NCBI GenBank assembly: GCA_023266115.1 | Contig: JAHFRU010000001.1 | Span: 271,905-335,904 of the forward strand | Length of the DNA: 64,000 nt | Source: Gammaproteobacteria bacterium | GTDB lineage: Bacteria > Pseudomonadota > Gammaproteobacteria > VBWC01 | Reading direction: 5' to 3' | Program-made: the position numbers and the translations under genes | Part shown: positions 27,536 through 36,767 of the stretch, piece by piece | How positions within the stretch are numbered: the stretch's first letter is position 1 | Layout: every line of letters begins with the position of its first letter | Notes under the pieces: generated by a model | What the model was told of the DNA's origin: nothing | What the model saw: the letters and a program-made list of their open reading frames with translations, nothing else | The model's database searches: none

Positions 27536-28081
27536 CTAATACCTGCCGTTCGTCTTGCTGATGTAGTTACTCAGCTGCCGGCTTTCGTGGTTCATGCGCA
27601 TCAGATTCGTGTGCGTGTTACGGAACAAGGCGCGCATCACCTTGTAGACAACACCGGGATTCGTCTCCAGCAGGGCCTCGAACGCGTCGGGTTCAATGGA
27701 ATAAACAACAGCGTCGCCTGCCGCGCGCAGCTTCGCTGTGCGGGGTGTACGGTCGACAAAGGCGCGGGTTCCGGCGCATTCGCCGGCTTTCATGATGTAC
27801 AGCTTGATCTCCTGATCTTCCCTCGCTCGGATGACCGCGAGCTTGCCGCTGGCCAGCAGAAACAGCGCATTGTTTTGATCGCCTTCTGATACCAGTATCT
27901 CGCCGTCGGTTAAAACACGCGCGACCATGGCGCGCGCCAGCACCTGACATTCCGTGTCATGCAGTTCCGCACCGATAGAAGAGACCCCTATGACTTCAGG
28001 GTCTGGCCGATCGTTGATCGCCGGGTGGTCTTCGTTGCACGCCACTGGGCGCGCGTCGTTATTATGTTGAAAACTTTTCAC
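27536..28081 (-). CDS. Cyclic nucleotide-binding domain protein (stand-alone cNMP-binding/Crp effector domain)
   Basis: The sequence GEILVSEGDQNNALFLLASGKLAVIRAREDQEIKLYIMKAGECAGTRAFVDRTPRTAKLRAAGDAVVYSI matches the cNMP-binding beta-roll. Confidence 0.8.
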   Translation of the reverse strand: MKSFQHNNDARPVACNEDHPAINDRPDPEVIGVSSIGAELHDTECQVLARAMVARVLTDGEILVSEGDQNNALFLLASGKLAVIRAREDQEIKLYIMKAGECAGTRAFVDRTPRTAKLRAAGDAVVYSIEPDAFEALLETNPGVVYKVMRALFRNTHTNLMRMNHESRQLSNYISKTNGRY

Positions 28082-28570
28082 ACTAAAGCTCCATATGAAT
28101 CAAATAAACCAGGGGTTGTGTAATAGATACGGGTCTTCCTGTAACCCGTAGAAGGCGAATCTAACGGCCGACCCTGTCCAATCTTTAGTAGGCGTATCGA
28201 AGTAGCAGGAACCGTGATGAAATCGTGACATTCGTGTGACGGAGGTGGGGTGACCCGGGATCTAATACGCGATCAGTGAGAATGAGACACGCGTTATGGC
28301 GGTTTGGTTCCAGGTGGCGATGAATGAGTTTGTGATGGCGGGGCTGAGGTTAACGGGGTGGCGGAACACGGATCGGGTTCGAATGTTGGGCTGCGCGGGC
28401 GCGGGCAACCTGCGGGACTTGGCACCTGATTTTTCTTCCAGAGTAATAATGTGATGAAAAATACAAAATTTCACGTCGCCTGTTACATACCCGCATGAGC
28501 GTGATGCCGATTTCTGACCAGGCAGTGGAAAATACTTTCTTTATTGACGAACCCGGGTATATTGCGTTTA

Positions 28571-28776
28571 CTATCGGGAATTACCTATAAGCGTGACACG
28601 GCCAACGGCTGTCATTCCCGCGAAAGCGCGACTGCATGGATGCAGGAGGGGCGGCGTCGGGAACAGCCGCCGAGGAATCCAGCGCCATTCACAACCGCTG
28701 GATTCCGGGTCTTCGCTGTGCTCCGCCCGGAATGACGGTCGCGATGTGTTGTCACGTCATTTGGTAATTCTCAATA
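28571..28776. mobile_element. Miniature inverted-repeat element, family 2 (~205 bp; TIR CTATCGGGAATTACC ... GGTAATTCTCAATAG)
   Basis: Terminal inverted repeats are present. The internal modules are gtcattcccgcgaaagcg, the near-palindrome ctgcatggatgcag and ggattccgggtc...cccggaatgac. An inverted copy with about 90% identity lies at 33896-34126. Confidence 0.75.
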
Positions 28777-28821
28777 GTTGTACGCGTTCATTTCTAAAAA
28801 ATAACACGGAGGTTACACCGA

Positions 28822-29129
28822 TGAAATTACCTCAGGTCGCACTGGTCGCCGCTATCTCGCTTTTCGCCACCGGGAATAGTTGGGCGCAAAACAATTGGTC
28901 GAATAGCAATAACACCGGCAACTTCGGCGGAAGCTTCGGTAACAGCTCGTTTTCGCAGACCAGCAACAATATGACCATTTCGCAGCGTACTGGCAGTGGT
29001 GCCGATTCGTTCTGCCAGTTTTTCAGCTATTCATTCGGCTTGACGCAAATTATTCAAATCATCCAGGGAAATTCCATGACACAGGTCTTCGGTTCCAACC
29101 TTGACCCGGTGACCGATCCCTGCCTGTAA
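28822..29129 (+). CDS. Small secreted Asn/Ser/Gly-rich protein (hypothetical)
   Basis: A GGAGG RBS lies 7 nt upstream. The signal peptide is MKLPQVALVAAISLFATGNSWA. The mature part is a low-complexity N/S/G/Q-rich region (NNWSNSNNTGNFGGSFGNSSFSQTSNN) with two Cys. A rho-independent terminator follows at 29201-29227. Confidence 0.6.
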
Positions 29130-29200
29130 AGCCTTGCAGCAGTCCAGAGAAAAACGGGGCCCAGGAGAATGGGAGCAGCGTTTTTTGCATAACCCACCAA

Positions 29201-29227
29201 GTGTGCGAAGCACACAAACTGTTTTTT
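29201..29227 (+). terminator. Rho-independent terminator (GTGTGCgaaGCACAC followed by a T-tract)
   Basis: A 6-bp GC-rich stem with a 3-nt loop is followed by AAACTGTTTTTT. It lies immediately downstream of the small secreted protein gene. Confidence 0.6.
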
Positions 29228-29389
29228 AATGGGTGCCTAGCGGCAAGGTCGGTGGGTTAGGCGCGTAGAACGCGCCTAACCCACCGACTATTCGCAATGG
29301 CGTTGCCGAGGGTGCGTGCGCGATTGCATCCGGCGTAATGTGCTTTGCTTATTGCGCCTTGCGGCGTGGTTTGTTCATACGCTATGGGT

Positions 29390-31375
29390 TCAGCGCGCAA
29401 ATACCACGATGCCGTTGGCCGGTATGGTGATGCGTGCCGAGGCCGGCAGGCCGTGCAGCGGGGCGCCGTCGGCATGCACACCGCTGCCGTTGCCTGCCAC
29501 CCAGGGATTGACCCAGTGGTCGTAGACGTCGGCGTTGAAGACCTCGCGCCAGTTACCCGCGCCGGGAAAGCCGAGCGTGTAGTCATGCCAGGTGGTTTCG
29601 GCGAGGCTGGCGACGATGACCACATCCTGGCCCACGTCAGGCACCCAGCGATGGAACGCGAGTATGCGGTGTGCATTATGGACATGGAAGATGTGGATGC
29701 CGCTGGCGGTCAGCGCCGGTAACGAACGCCGCAACGCGATCAGTTCGCGCGTGTAGCGCAGAAAATCCCTCATGTGACGGTCGGTGTCGAGTCCGCTCCA
29801 CCCGATGCGGTCCGCGCTTTCCGGATCATCGTGCCACGGTTTGTCTTCGAGAAATTCCTGGCCCATGAACAGATGCGGGATGCCGGCGGCGGTCAGCACC
29901 AGGCCAAGCGCAACGCGCGAGCGGCTGCGCGCGTACCACGAGCGCGCGTCGGCGCCGTCAGCGAGGCGCGCAATGCGGGGCTTGCGGCCCTGATAGACGA
30001 GGTCGTGATCCTCAATGGCCTGCACCGCGCGCCAGTGATCGCGCACGGCCGGCGAGCGCAGTTGCGCGGCGACGGCGTCCATGTCGACGACGGCATCGCG
30101 CCCGCTGGCAGCCTGCGCCACGGCTCCGCGCAGCGCGGTACGCAGGCCGTCGCCGGACGCGGCGTCAAAACCCGCGCCGCCCGTCGCGGCGGGTTCGACG
30201 ACGGCGCCATCCACCGGCCAGTGCTCGGCGATCTGGATGGCCTCCGGTTTGACGTAGCGGCAGGTGTCGGTCAGCCATTGGCAGAAGCGCCAGCCGTGCT
30301 CGCCGCCTTCGTTTCGAATGACGCTGACCTCGTCGTAGCGGAAGCCGTCGCAATGGCATTCGGTGAGGAACATGACGGCGTTGTCGATCAGATACTGTTT
30401 GACGTCGTTGTTCCAGTAGGCGTAGACGAGGCCGCCGGCCCAGCCGCGATCGGTGAAGTAGAGGCTGTCGTTGTGATTACCGTAGGGCTTGCGATCCAGG
30501 AAGTAGATGCTGCGATCGCCGAAGTCGCCGCCGGCGTGGTTATACACGACATCCATCAACACGGCGATGCCGTAGACATGGCACATATCGACCAGCATGC
30601 GGAACTGACCGGCGGTGCCGGTGATATCCTTGCGCTGGTACGGCGCGAGTCCCGGCGCCGCGTCGTGCAGGCGCGCGTTGACCATGGTCAGGTAATCATT
30701 CAGCGCCGAATCGTCGTCGTGCACGCCGTAGTCGGTTTCCGGCGAGAACGGATCGACGTTGTTGTAGCCCAGGCTGAACTGGGTTGGGAATTCACTGATC
30801 GGCAGCGGCTGGATAGCGGCGATGCCAAGCGCCTTGAGATAGGGCAGTTTGGCGACGACATCGAGAAACGTGCCGTGGCGACGGCCGGGCGGGATATACC
30901 AGGTGCCGATGTGTAACTGGTAGATGATCAGTTCATGAAACGCCGGCGGGCGCCAACCCTGGTCATGCCACGGAAACGCGGCAGGATCGACCAGCAGGCA
31001 CTGACACTCGGGCCACGTGGGTGTTTCGGTGAGATCACGGGCATACGGATCGCGCTTGAGTCCCTCGGTACCACCGACCGGGCCGGTGACATGGAGCATA
31101 TAACGATCACCGGCCTTGAGCCCCGGCACGAAACCGGCCCGGCGGCCGTTCGCAGTCGCGACCAGTCTGGCCTGGCGATGATGCAGCCAGGTGCCGGCGG
31201 ACTTGCGATAATCCCACAGCACGCGCACCTCGCGCGCCGCCGGCGCCCACACCTGGAACGTCGCACCCGCGCCCGAGGGCAACAGCTTGCCGCCCATCGG
31301 CGTGGCGTCGGTAATATGATCGAGCGTGAGAAAATCGTCCTGCCCGGTCGCCGGAGTGGTGGTGAGTTCGTGCAT
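29390..31375 (-). CDS. Glycoside hydrolase family 13 enzyme with N-terminal CBM48/E-set domain (TreZ or isoamylase-like alpha-amylase family)
   Basis: GH13 region I reads DVVYNHAG, region II reads GFRYDEVS, and region III is AEHW-type. The N-terminal part is beta-sandwich-like (ATFQVWAPAAREVRVLWDY). Confidence 0.85.
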   Translation of the reverse strand: MHELTTTPATGQDDFLTLDHITDATPMGGKLLPSGAGATFQVWAPAAREVRVLWDYRKSAGTWLHHRQARLVATANGRRAGFVPGLKAGDRYMLHVTGPVGGTEGLKRDPYARDLTETPTWPECQCLLVDPAAFPWHDQGWRPPAFHELIIYQLHIGTWYIPPGRRHGTFLDVVAKLPYLKALGIAAIQPLPISEFPTQFSLGYNNVDPFSPETDYGVHDDDSALNDYLTMVNARLHDAAPGLAPYQRKDITGTAGQFRMLVDMCHVYGIAVLMDVVYNHAGGDFGDRSIYFLDRKPYGNHNDSLYFTDRGWAGGLVYAYWNNDVKQYLIDNAVMFLTECHCDGFRYDEVSVIRNEGGEHGWRFCQWLTDTCRYVKPEAIQIAEHWPVDGAVVEPAATGGAGFDAASGDGLRTALRGAVAQAASGRDAVVDMDAVAAQLRSPAVRDHWRAVQAIEDHDLVYQGRKPRIARLADGADARSWYARSRSRVALGLVLTAAGIPHLFMGQEFLEDKPWHDDPESADRIGWSGLDTDRHMRDFLRYTRELIALRRSLPALTASGIHIFHVHNAHRILAFHRWVPDVGQDVVIVASLAETTWHDYTLGFPGAGNWREVFNADVYDHWVNPWVAGNGSGVHADGAPLHGLPASARITIPANGIVVFAR

Positions 31376-31493
31376 TGGAAGCTCCTTTTCGCTGGCCGGC
31401 GATCCTGCCGATATGATTTCCGGAATGCCGCACCGACGTCCGCGGCGTCCATTGCTGAAGAAGTATAAACGTCCGCCCCGGCAACGAGCAGGT

Positions 31494-32608
31494 TTACTTC
31501 AGCAGCACCCAGGTAAAATGCACGCCGAAATCTGGGGTGTTATCGAAATGAAGGAAGTTCTCCGTGACGCCAAACCCGACGATACCGATGGCGGTATCCC
31601 AATTGAGGCCCGCCGTGATCTGGATGGCCGTGTCACTTAGCTCGGAATCGACGTTGGTGCGGTACGGGTGTTCGGCCAGCCGCGTCTGCACGAATGAACG
31701 GGTGTTGGCCAGACCCTTGAACCGGTGCAGCCAGCTGATGTTCACGAATGGCAGATTCGGCGGCTCAAAGCCGGTCTGTCGGAACTTGCCGGGAAACACC
31801 GCACCGAAATTGACTATCCATGCATCCCGGGTGTAGCGCCGTTCAATCGTCATCTGGTAACCGAAATCCCAACTGCCGGTCGACAGGAATTCGTCCTCGT
31901 CCATCAGCGGGATCTTCAGCCCGATTTCCAGATTGCCGTACCAGTCGCGTACCAGCTCCGGCAGTGCGTAACGCAGGAACAGGCTGGGATCGCTCAGGCC
32001 GCCGCTCGACGGGCGATCGAGCAGGACGACACCCTGTCCGTTACCCCGGCCGAGCACCACTTGTGCCCGGTTGTTTTCGACGTAGCCCCGTTCGCCCTGG
32101 TCGAGGCCGGCGGCATCGTGGAAACTGTATAGATGGTCTGATCGAGTAACTGGCCGCCGTAGTGTATGTAACTGACGCCCAGGCCAATGTCGATGCGATC
32201 CGTCAGTCCCCGGTGCACGAAGAACTCGAGCAGGCGGAATTCGCCGTCGATGTAATAGGCCTGCTCCTTTGAAAGACCCAGTATGAAGGCGGCGTCGGCG
32301 GCGTCCAGCGCGCGCCGCGTGTTGCCGCGCGTCTGTTTCAGATAGTCCTCGACCTCCGGGCTGACCTGAAAATTGTTGACGATGGAGTAATGCATTTCAA
32401 TCATGGAACGCCCTTTGCCGAAGGGCGCGGCGGGCGTCGGCGCAAAACCGAGTACCAGAAAGTTGGGGAAGGTCTAGTCCCGGACGCGGAACGGCGCGCC
32501 GAGTGAGTCTTCAATGAGCGGAACCGGTTCGCCGTTGGCAATGCCGGCGCCGGCAAACAGGCAGCTCAAACCGATTAACCCGAAGACTTTCCATTGTCTT
32601 CCAATCAA
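31494..32608 (-). pseudogene. Disrupted outer-membrane beta-barrel protein gene (DUF3187-like) with an in-frame TAG after the signal peptide and a frameshift near 32112-32125
   Basis: A TTG start with a GGGAGA RBS precedes the signal peptide KVFGLIGLSCLFAGAGIANG. An in-frame TAG follows at 32478-32480. The frame then continues through MIEMHYSIVNNF...LLDQTIYTV. The protein-like sequence resumes in another frame (FHDAAGLDQGERGYVENNRAQVVLGRGNGQ...) and runs on to the aromatic C-terminus ...FTWVLLK. Confidence 0.55.
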
Positions 32609-32827
32609 CAGTCAGTCTCCCAACGATCGCTGAAGCCAGGTCGTATGGATGATTATAGATGATCTGTTGGCGAGGTATTGTCGCGGGCCTGTGGGTAATG
32701 GGTCGAATGAACGGCGTGAAACTTGATGCGGATCCCATACTCCGCCACCGGTAGCAGATCACCAGGCCGGGGCTCGTTTGATACGCCGCATAGAGGCAGG
32801 GACCCGGGGCGTCAACGGGGCCTGATG

Positions 32828-33124
32828 CTATTTAAACCAGGCGATTCGCTCGGTCATGCACTCGTGTCCGCCCATCTTAAGGTCACGGCAAACCTGTGGC
32901 CGCTGCTCGTAGATCTTGCATTTCATGGTATTGCGGTCCAGGGCCGCGCACCAGCCGTCATCCAGCCACGCCATGCTTCTGCCGCCCCACTGGTCGGTCG
33001 CAATAAAATGCCCGGGCACGCCGGTGTCGGAAATCAGCATGACTTCCAAACGGCAACAGCAGGCCTCGCAGTTGGCACAGCTCACGTCGGTTTCGGGCGG
33101 GGTAGTTACGTCTATGCTCATCAA
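32828..33124 (-). CDS. YkgJ-family cysteine-cluster protein (UPF0153, putative Fe-S/zinc-binding)
   Basis: The N-terminal cluster is CANCEACCC and a later cluster is C..C...C (WCAALDRNTMKCKIYEQRPQVC). The product is 98 aa. Confidence 0.8.
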   Translation of the reverse strand: MMSIDVTTPPETDVSCANCEACCCRLEVMLISDTGVPGHFIATDQWGGRSMAWLDDGWCAALDRNTMKCKIYEQRPQVCRDLKMGGHECMTERIAWFK

Positions 33125-33289
33125 TCACTCTTCATTTTCGATACAAGCCAGCCGGGGTCGAATCACCGCTCGCGCTAATAAAAAAACGACGGCGTCGGGC
33201 CTGCGTTACACTAGCGCATTACTTCGAATCATGGCCTATTCCGCTTTCCCTGGCCACTTTTCCCGCACCATAAACCGAATAGAAACCCC

Positions 33290-33832
33290 ATGGCCCTTAA
33301 AGCAACCATATACAAAGCCGAGCTCGGCATCGCCGACATAGACCGGCACTATTACCACGATCACACGCTGACCATCGCCCAACATCCGTCGGAAACCGAC
33401 GAGCGTTTGATGGTGCGCTTACTCGCTTTTGCGCTGCACGCCCATGAGCACCTTACCTTCGGCAAGGGGCTGAGCATAGAGGACGAACCGGATGTGTGGC
33501 TAAAGGATCTCACCGGCGCAATCGACCTGTGGATAGACGTCGGCCAGTCCGACGAGAAGCGGATACGCAAGGCCTGCGGTCGCGCGAAGCACGTCGTTAT
33601 CTACAGCTACGGCCGTGGCGCGGACGTGTGGTGGGAGAAAAACCGCAGCGCGCTGGCCCGCGCCGGGAATCTCAGTGTGTTTAGTCTGCCGACCGACGCC
33701 AGCGCGTCGCTCGCCAAGCTGGCGCAGCGCACCATGCATTTGCAATGCACCGTCCAGGACGGGCAGGTGTGGCTGGCGGATAACGATGACCGGATCGAGG
33801 TGGAGATGAAGGCGCTGTTAACCGGGCAGTAA
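33290..33832 (+). CDS. yaeQ: YaeQ-family protein
   Basis: MALKATIYKAELGIADIDRHYYHDHTLTIAQHPSETDERLMVRLLAFAL... matches the conserved YaeQ N-terminus. The product is 180 aa. Confidence 0.9.
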   Translation: MALKATIYKAELGIADIDRHYYHDHTLTIAQHPSETDERLMVRLLAFALHAHEHLTFGKGLSIEDEPDVWLKDLTGAIDLWIDVGQSDEKRIRKACGRAKHVVIYSYGRGADVWWEKNRSALARAGNLSVFSLPTDASASLAKLAQRTMHLQCTVQDGQVWLADNDDRIEVEMKALLTGQ

Positions 33833-33895
33833 GATGGGCGTTCTGTCGAGAATAGTGTCATACCCGCGTAGGCGGGTATCCAATAACCTGCGAAT

Positions 33896-34126
33896 TATTG
33901 AGAATTACCAAATGACGTGACAACACATCGCGACCGTCATTCCGGGCCCCTGCCTTCGCAGGGGCAGGCTGCGCGCAGCGAAGACCCGGAATACAGCGGT
34001 TGTGAATGGCACTGGATTCCTCGGCGGCTATTCCCGACGCCGCCCTGCCTCCTGCATCCATGCAGTCGCGCTTTCACGGGAATGACAACCGTTGGCCGTG
34101 TCACGCTTATAGGTAATTCTCGATAG
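33896..34126. mobile_element. Miniature inverted-repeat element, family 2, inverted copy (with a ~30-bp internal insertion)
   Basis: Its reverse complement aligns with 28571-28776 at about 90% identity, with the same TIRs (TATTGAGAATTACC ... GGTAATTCTCGATAG). It carries an extra gcgcagcctgcccctgcgaaggcaggggc hairpin. Confidence 0.75.
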
Positions 34127-34252
34127 AATACGGCCTGAAATTCCTGGATTCCCGTTTCCACGGGAATGACGTATACGTGGGGCAGCCGCGGGTTGCGCCC
34201 GTTGTCGTACGTGGTTTGCTAAACATAGACCGGATTAAACGGGAGTCACAAC

Positions 34253-34795
34253 GTGATGACATGGATACGCCTGGCCGCCGGTGGCGTGATGTGGCTATGC
34301 ACGACGGCCGCGCTGGCGCAGGGCGGCGCGTTCTTCGGCAACACGCGGGGCGGCAGCGATATGTTTTATGGCGGCACCATTAGCGTGAGTCTCGGCGCTG
34401 TGGATTACTATGCGCTCGCGCCGATGGTCGGCATGCACCTCGGCGCGCAGGTATCGGTGGGCGGCACGCTGATATACCGCTATCGAAAAGACGACCGGTA
34501 TGCGCAAACGCTGACGACGGACGACTATGGTGCCAGCATCTTTGGCCGGTATCGTGTGACACCCATTATTTTCGCCCAGGTCGAATACGAATATCTCGAC
34601 TATGAATATATCCGCACCAACCAGAGTACCGGCCGCGACACCGCCGACAGCCTGTTTGTCGGTGGCGGCATAAACTCGCCGCTGAGCGGCAACGCTTCGA
34701 TGTATGCCACCGCGCTATACAACGTGCTGCATGACGCCGCCAGCCCTTACGATAGCCCGTGGGCCATTCGGTTTGGCGTCAGCGTCGGGTTTTGA
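34253..34795 (+). CDS. Outer-membrane beta-barrel protein (OmpA-like TM domain/porin family)
   Basis: It has a signal peptide (LCTTAALAQG) and alternating hydrophobic beta-strand patterning. The C-terminal aromatic residue (...FGVSVGF) is typical of OM beta-barrels. Confidence 0.7.
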   Translation: MMTWIRLAAGGVMWLCTTAALAQGGAFFGNTRGGSDMFYGGTISVSLGAVDYYALAPMVGMHLGAQVSVGGTLIYRYRKDDRYAQTLTTDDYGASIFGRYRVTPIIFAQVEYEYLDYEYIRTNQSTGRDTADSLFVGGGINSPLSGNASMYATALYNVLHDAASPYDSPWAIRFGVSVGF

Positions 34796-34854
34796 TGCGC
34801 GAGTTGGTCCCGGAGGTCAGCAGTCAGGATACAATTTAACGCCGAAGTTTGGCG

Positions 34855-35334
34855 CTATGCCGGTTGCGCCTGCCGCATCCAGGACAAGTACGCAGCAACC
34901 TCCGTCGTATTCTCCAGCGGTGACCACGGCGCGAAGTCGCGCTCGGTGGTGGGTATGTACGCGCCCTCCTTCACTTCCAGCGCGACGGTGCCGGATTGCC
35001 TGCATACGTAGGCGTGCCAGGTGTTCGGCGGGATCTCGACGGCGCGGGTGGTGGTGCGCGACATCGGTGTGCGCTGGATGACGTGACCGGCATCATTGAA
35101 GATCAGCAGATCGATCTGCCCTTCCAGCAAGATAAATAATTCCCACTTGTGTGATTCAGGGTGGCGATGCGGACGCATGTAGGTAGGCGGTTCGGTGGCA
35201 ATGAACAGGCGCTGTACCGCGGAGTCCAGGGTTTCATGCACATTCAGATGGGCGCGCAAACGCGCCGCCTGCGTGGCTTGGCCGGCGAGTGTGTTCAGGT
35301 TGTCTGCTGTTATGGTTTTGATCATATGCGTCAA
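34855..35334 (-). CDS. WbuC-family cupin-fold metalloprotein
   Basis: The 159-aa product has cupin motifs (PTYMRPHRHPESHKWELFILLEGQIDLLIF...NTWHAY). Confidence 0.7.
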   Translation of the reverse strand: MTHMIKTITADNLNTLAGQATQAARLRAHLNVHETLDSAVQRLFIATEPPTYMRPHRHPESHKWELFILLEGQIDLLIFNDAGHVIQRTPMSRTTTRAVEIPPNTWHAYVCRQSGTVALEVKEGAYIPTTERDFAPWSPLENTTEVAAYLSWMRQAQPA

Positions 35335-36052
35335 GTCGAGGTTGGAGATTAGTAGTTTGTTATCTTGAACAAGTCAGGCGCAGAGAACAACGATTTCTGT
35401 TCAGCAAGGAGGAGTGTCTTGTCGCGGTGCTCCTGGTCACCATGTTCGCGGCGCCCGTTCCCGACGCCGCTCTCGGTCCTCGCGCCCGGCAGGACGACCC
35501 CTCCGTCCCCGGCCCGGGCGTAGGCGGAAAGGACAGGATGTCAGATGCATGGGCCTTTGATCATGATCGCGTGACCCGGCCGGTGCACATCTGGCGGGGA
35601 GGCGGATCACTATGTGCCGCTGCTGCCGGCGCAACCGTTGTTCGCTATACGGAACAAGCCAGGCAAGCCTCTATTCCGGCGAAGGCCGCATGCTGCTGTT
35701 CCCGCACTGGAACGACATCATCGCGCCGTTTGCGGACCCGGTACCGAGCGCCTGAGCAGGTCAGCGGCAGGCGGGCGTGGAATCGCGTGGGTCGTCTCCC
35801 GGGCCTCGGTGTTCACAGGGGCGGGCAGCGCGCAGTGCCAGAATCCCGTAGCAGCGGGTCGCGGAGACCGGGTTGCCGCGTTCACGGGATTGACGGAGTG
35901 GGACGTGCGCGAACTTTGTGTCCGCCGGGAGCAGGAACCACACTAATGCCTTCGCCATTTCGGGCGACGCGCAGCGCGGAACCGGAATCCAGTGGTGGAT
36001 AGCGCTGCTTCAGGATAGATGTCGAGGCTCATGTTGCCGGGTTGCCGCCCCG

Positions 36053-36460
36053 CTATTTTTCGGGCTCATCAAAATCGAGTGCCGCGATAATTCTGTTCAG
36101 GCGGCCCTGCTCGCCGGTCCCCTGCGCAAGCGCTGTATTCGCATCCCCCGCGGTGCGGGTGATGAGCTCAATACGTTCGATATAGACGCGGGTGCATTCG
36201 GCGACCTTGGCTTTTAGCAGCGTCAGGAGCGCGACGATTTCGTCGGGATTTTTCACCCATGCCTCGATATAAATGCCTTCTTTGTCTTTTATCTTCGGTT
36301 TGGAAGGGTGCTTTGACAGCAGGGTATTAAAGACGTTACACCAGTCGGTGGGCGCCTGATGTGACAGCTTGAAGACGATATCAATATAGGGTTCTTTCCG
36401 GATTATCGGTGGTCGTTTCTCATCGATGCCGATAATTTTGATATCACTGATACCTTCCAC
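36053..36460 (-). CDS. Hypothetical protein (135 aa), lower-GC gene
   Basis: Coding-like composition with no recognisable motif. Local GC is about 52%. Confidence 0.45.
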   Translation of the reverse strand: MEGISDIKIIGIDEKRPPIIRKEPYIDIVFKLSHQAPTDWCNVFNTLLSKHPSKPKIKDKEGIYIEAWVKNPDEIVALLTLLKAKVAECTRVYIERIELITRTAGDANTALAQGTGEQGRLNRIIAALDFDEPEK

Positions 36461-36767
36461 CAGCCGCTACTCCTTGTTGCACCTGCCTGGAAAATCGCCA
36501 GCCATGAAACACCCACCGTCGGGAGCTCTGCAGGCATACATCCGGAACGATCCTCGTTCCGATGTCAGCGGCCGCCGTTTGGGAATCAGCAGTTTTTTCC
36601 TGTTCAGGCACCCTCACGGTTCGTGGCCTGCCTGATGTTCCAGTTGCCGTTGCCAGCGCCCGGGCGGCGGGGAATCGATGCTAGTATGATACGACGCTAT
36701 TTCTGAACGCGAATTCTGTTGGCGGGGTGCTGCTGTGCACCGTTCATCGCGACGCCATGAGGTATGG

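Noticed and set aside
28822-29129. Curlin (CsgA/CsgB) identity for the small secreted N/S-rich protein
   Set aside because: It is Asn/Ser/Gly/Gln-rich but lacks the regular S-x5-Q-x-G-x-x-N-x-A-x3-Q curlin repeats. It is only about 80 mature residues long and has two Cys. I left it as hypothetical.
33868-33887. Hairpin atacccgcgtaggcgggtat after yaeQ as a terminator
   Set aside because: It has a perfect 8-bp stem but no T-tract. It abuts the start of the family-2 MITE and may belong to that element.
35335-36052. RNase P RNA, tmRNA, 6S RNA or cobalamin riboswitch in the gene-free GC-rich stretch
   Set aside because: I could find no conserved landmarks on either strand. There is no RNase P P4 sequence, no tmRNA tag or CCA end, and no B12 box. 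I flagged it only as unassigned.
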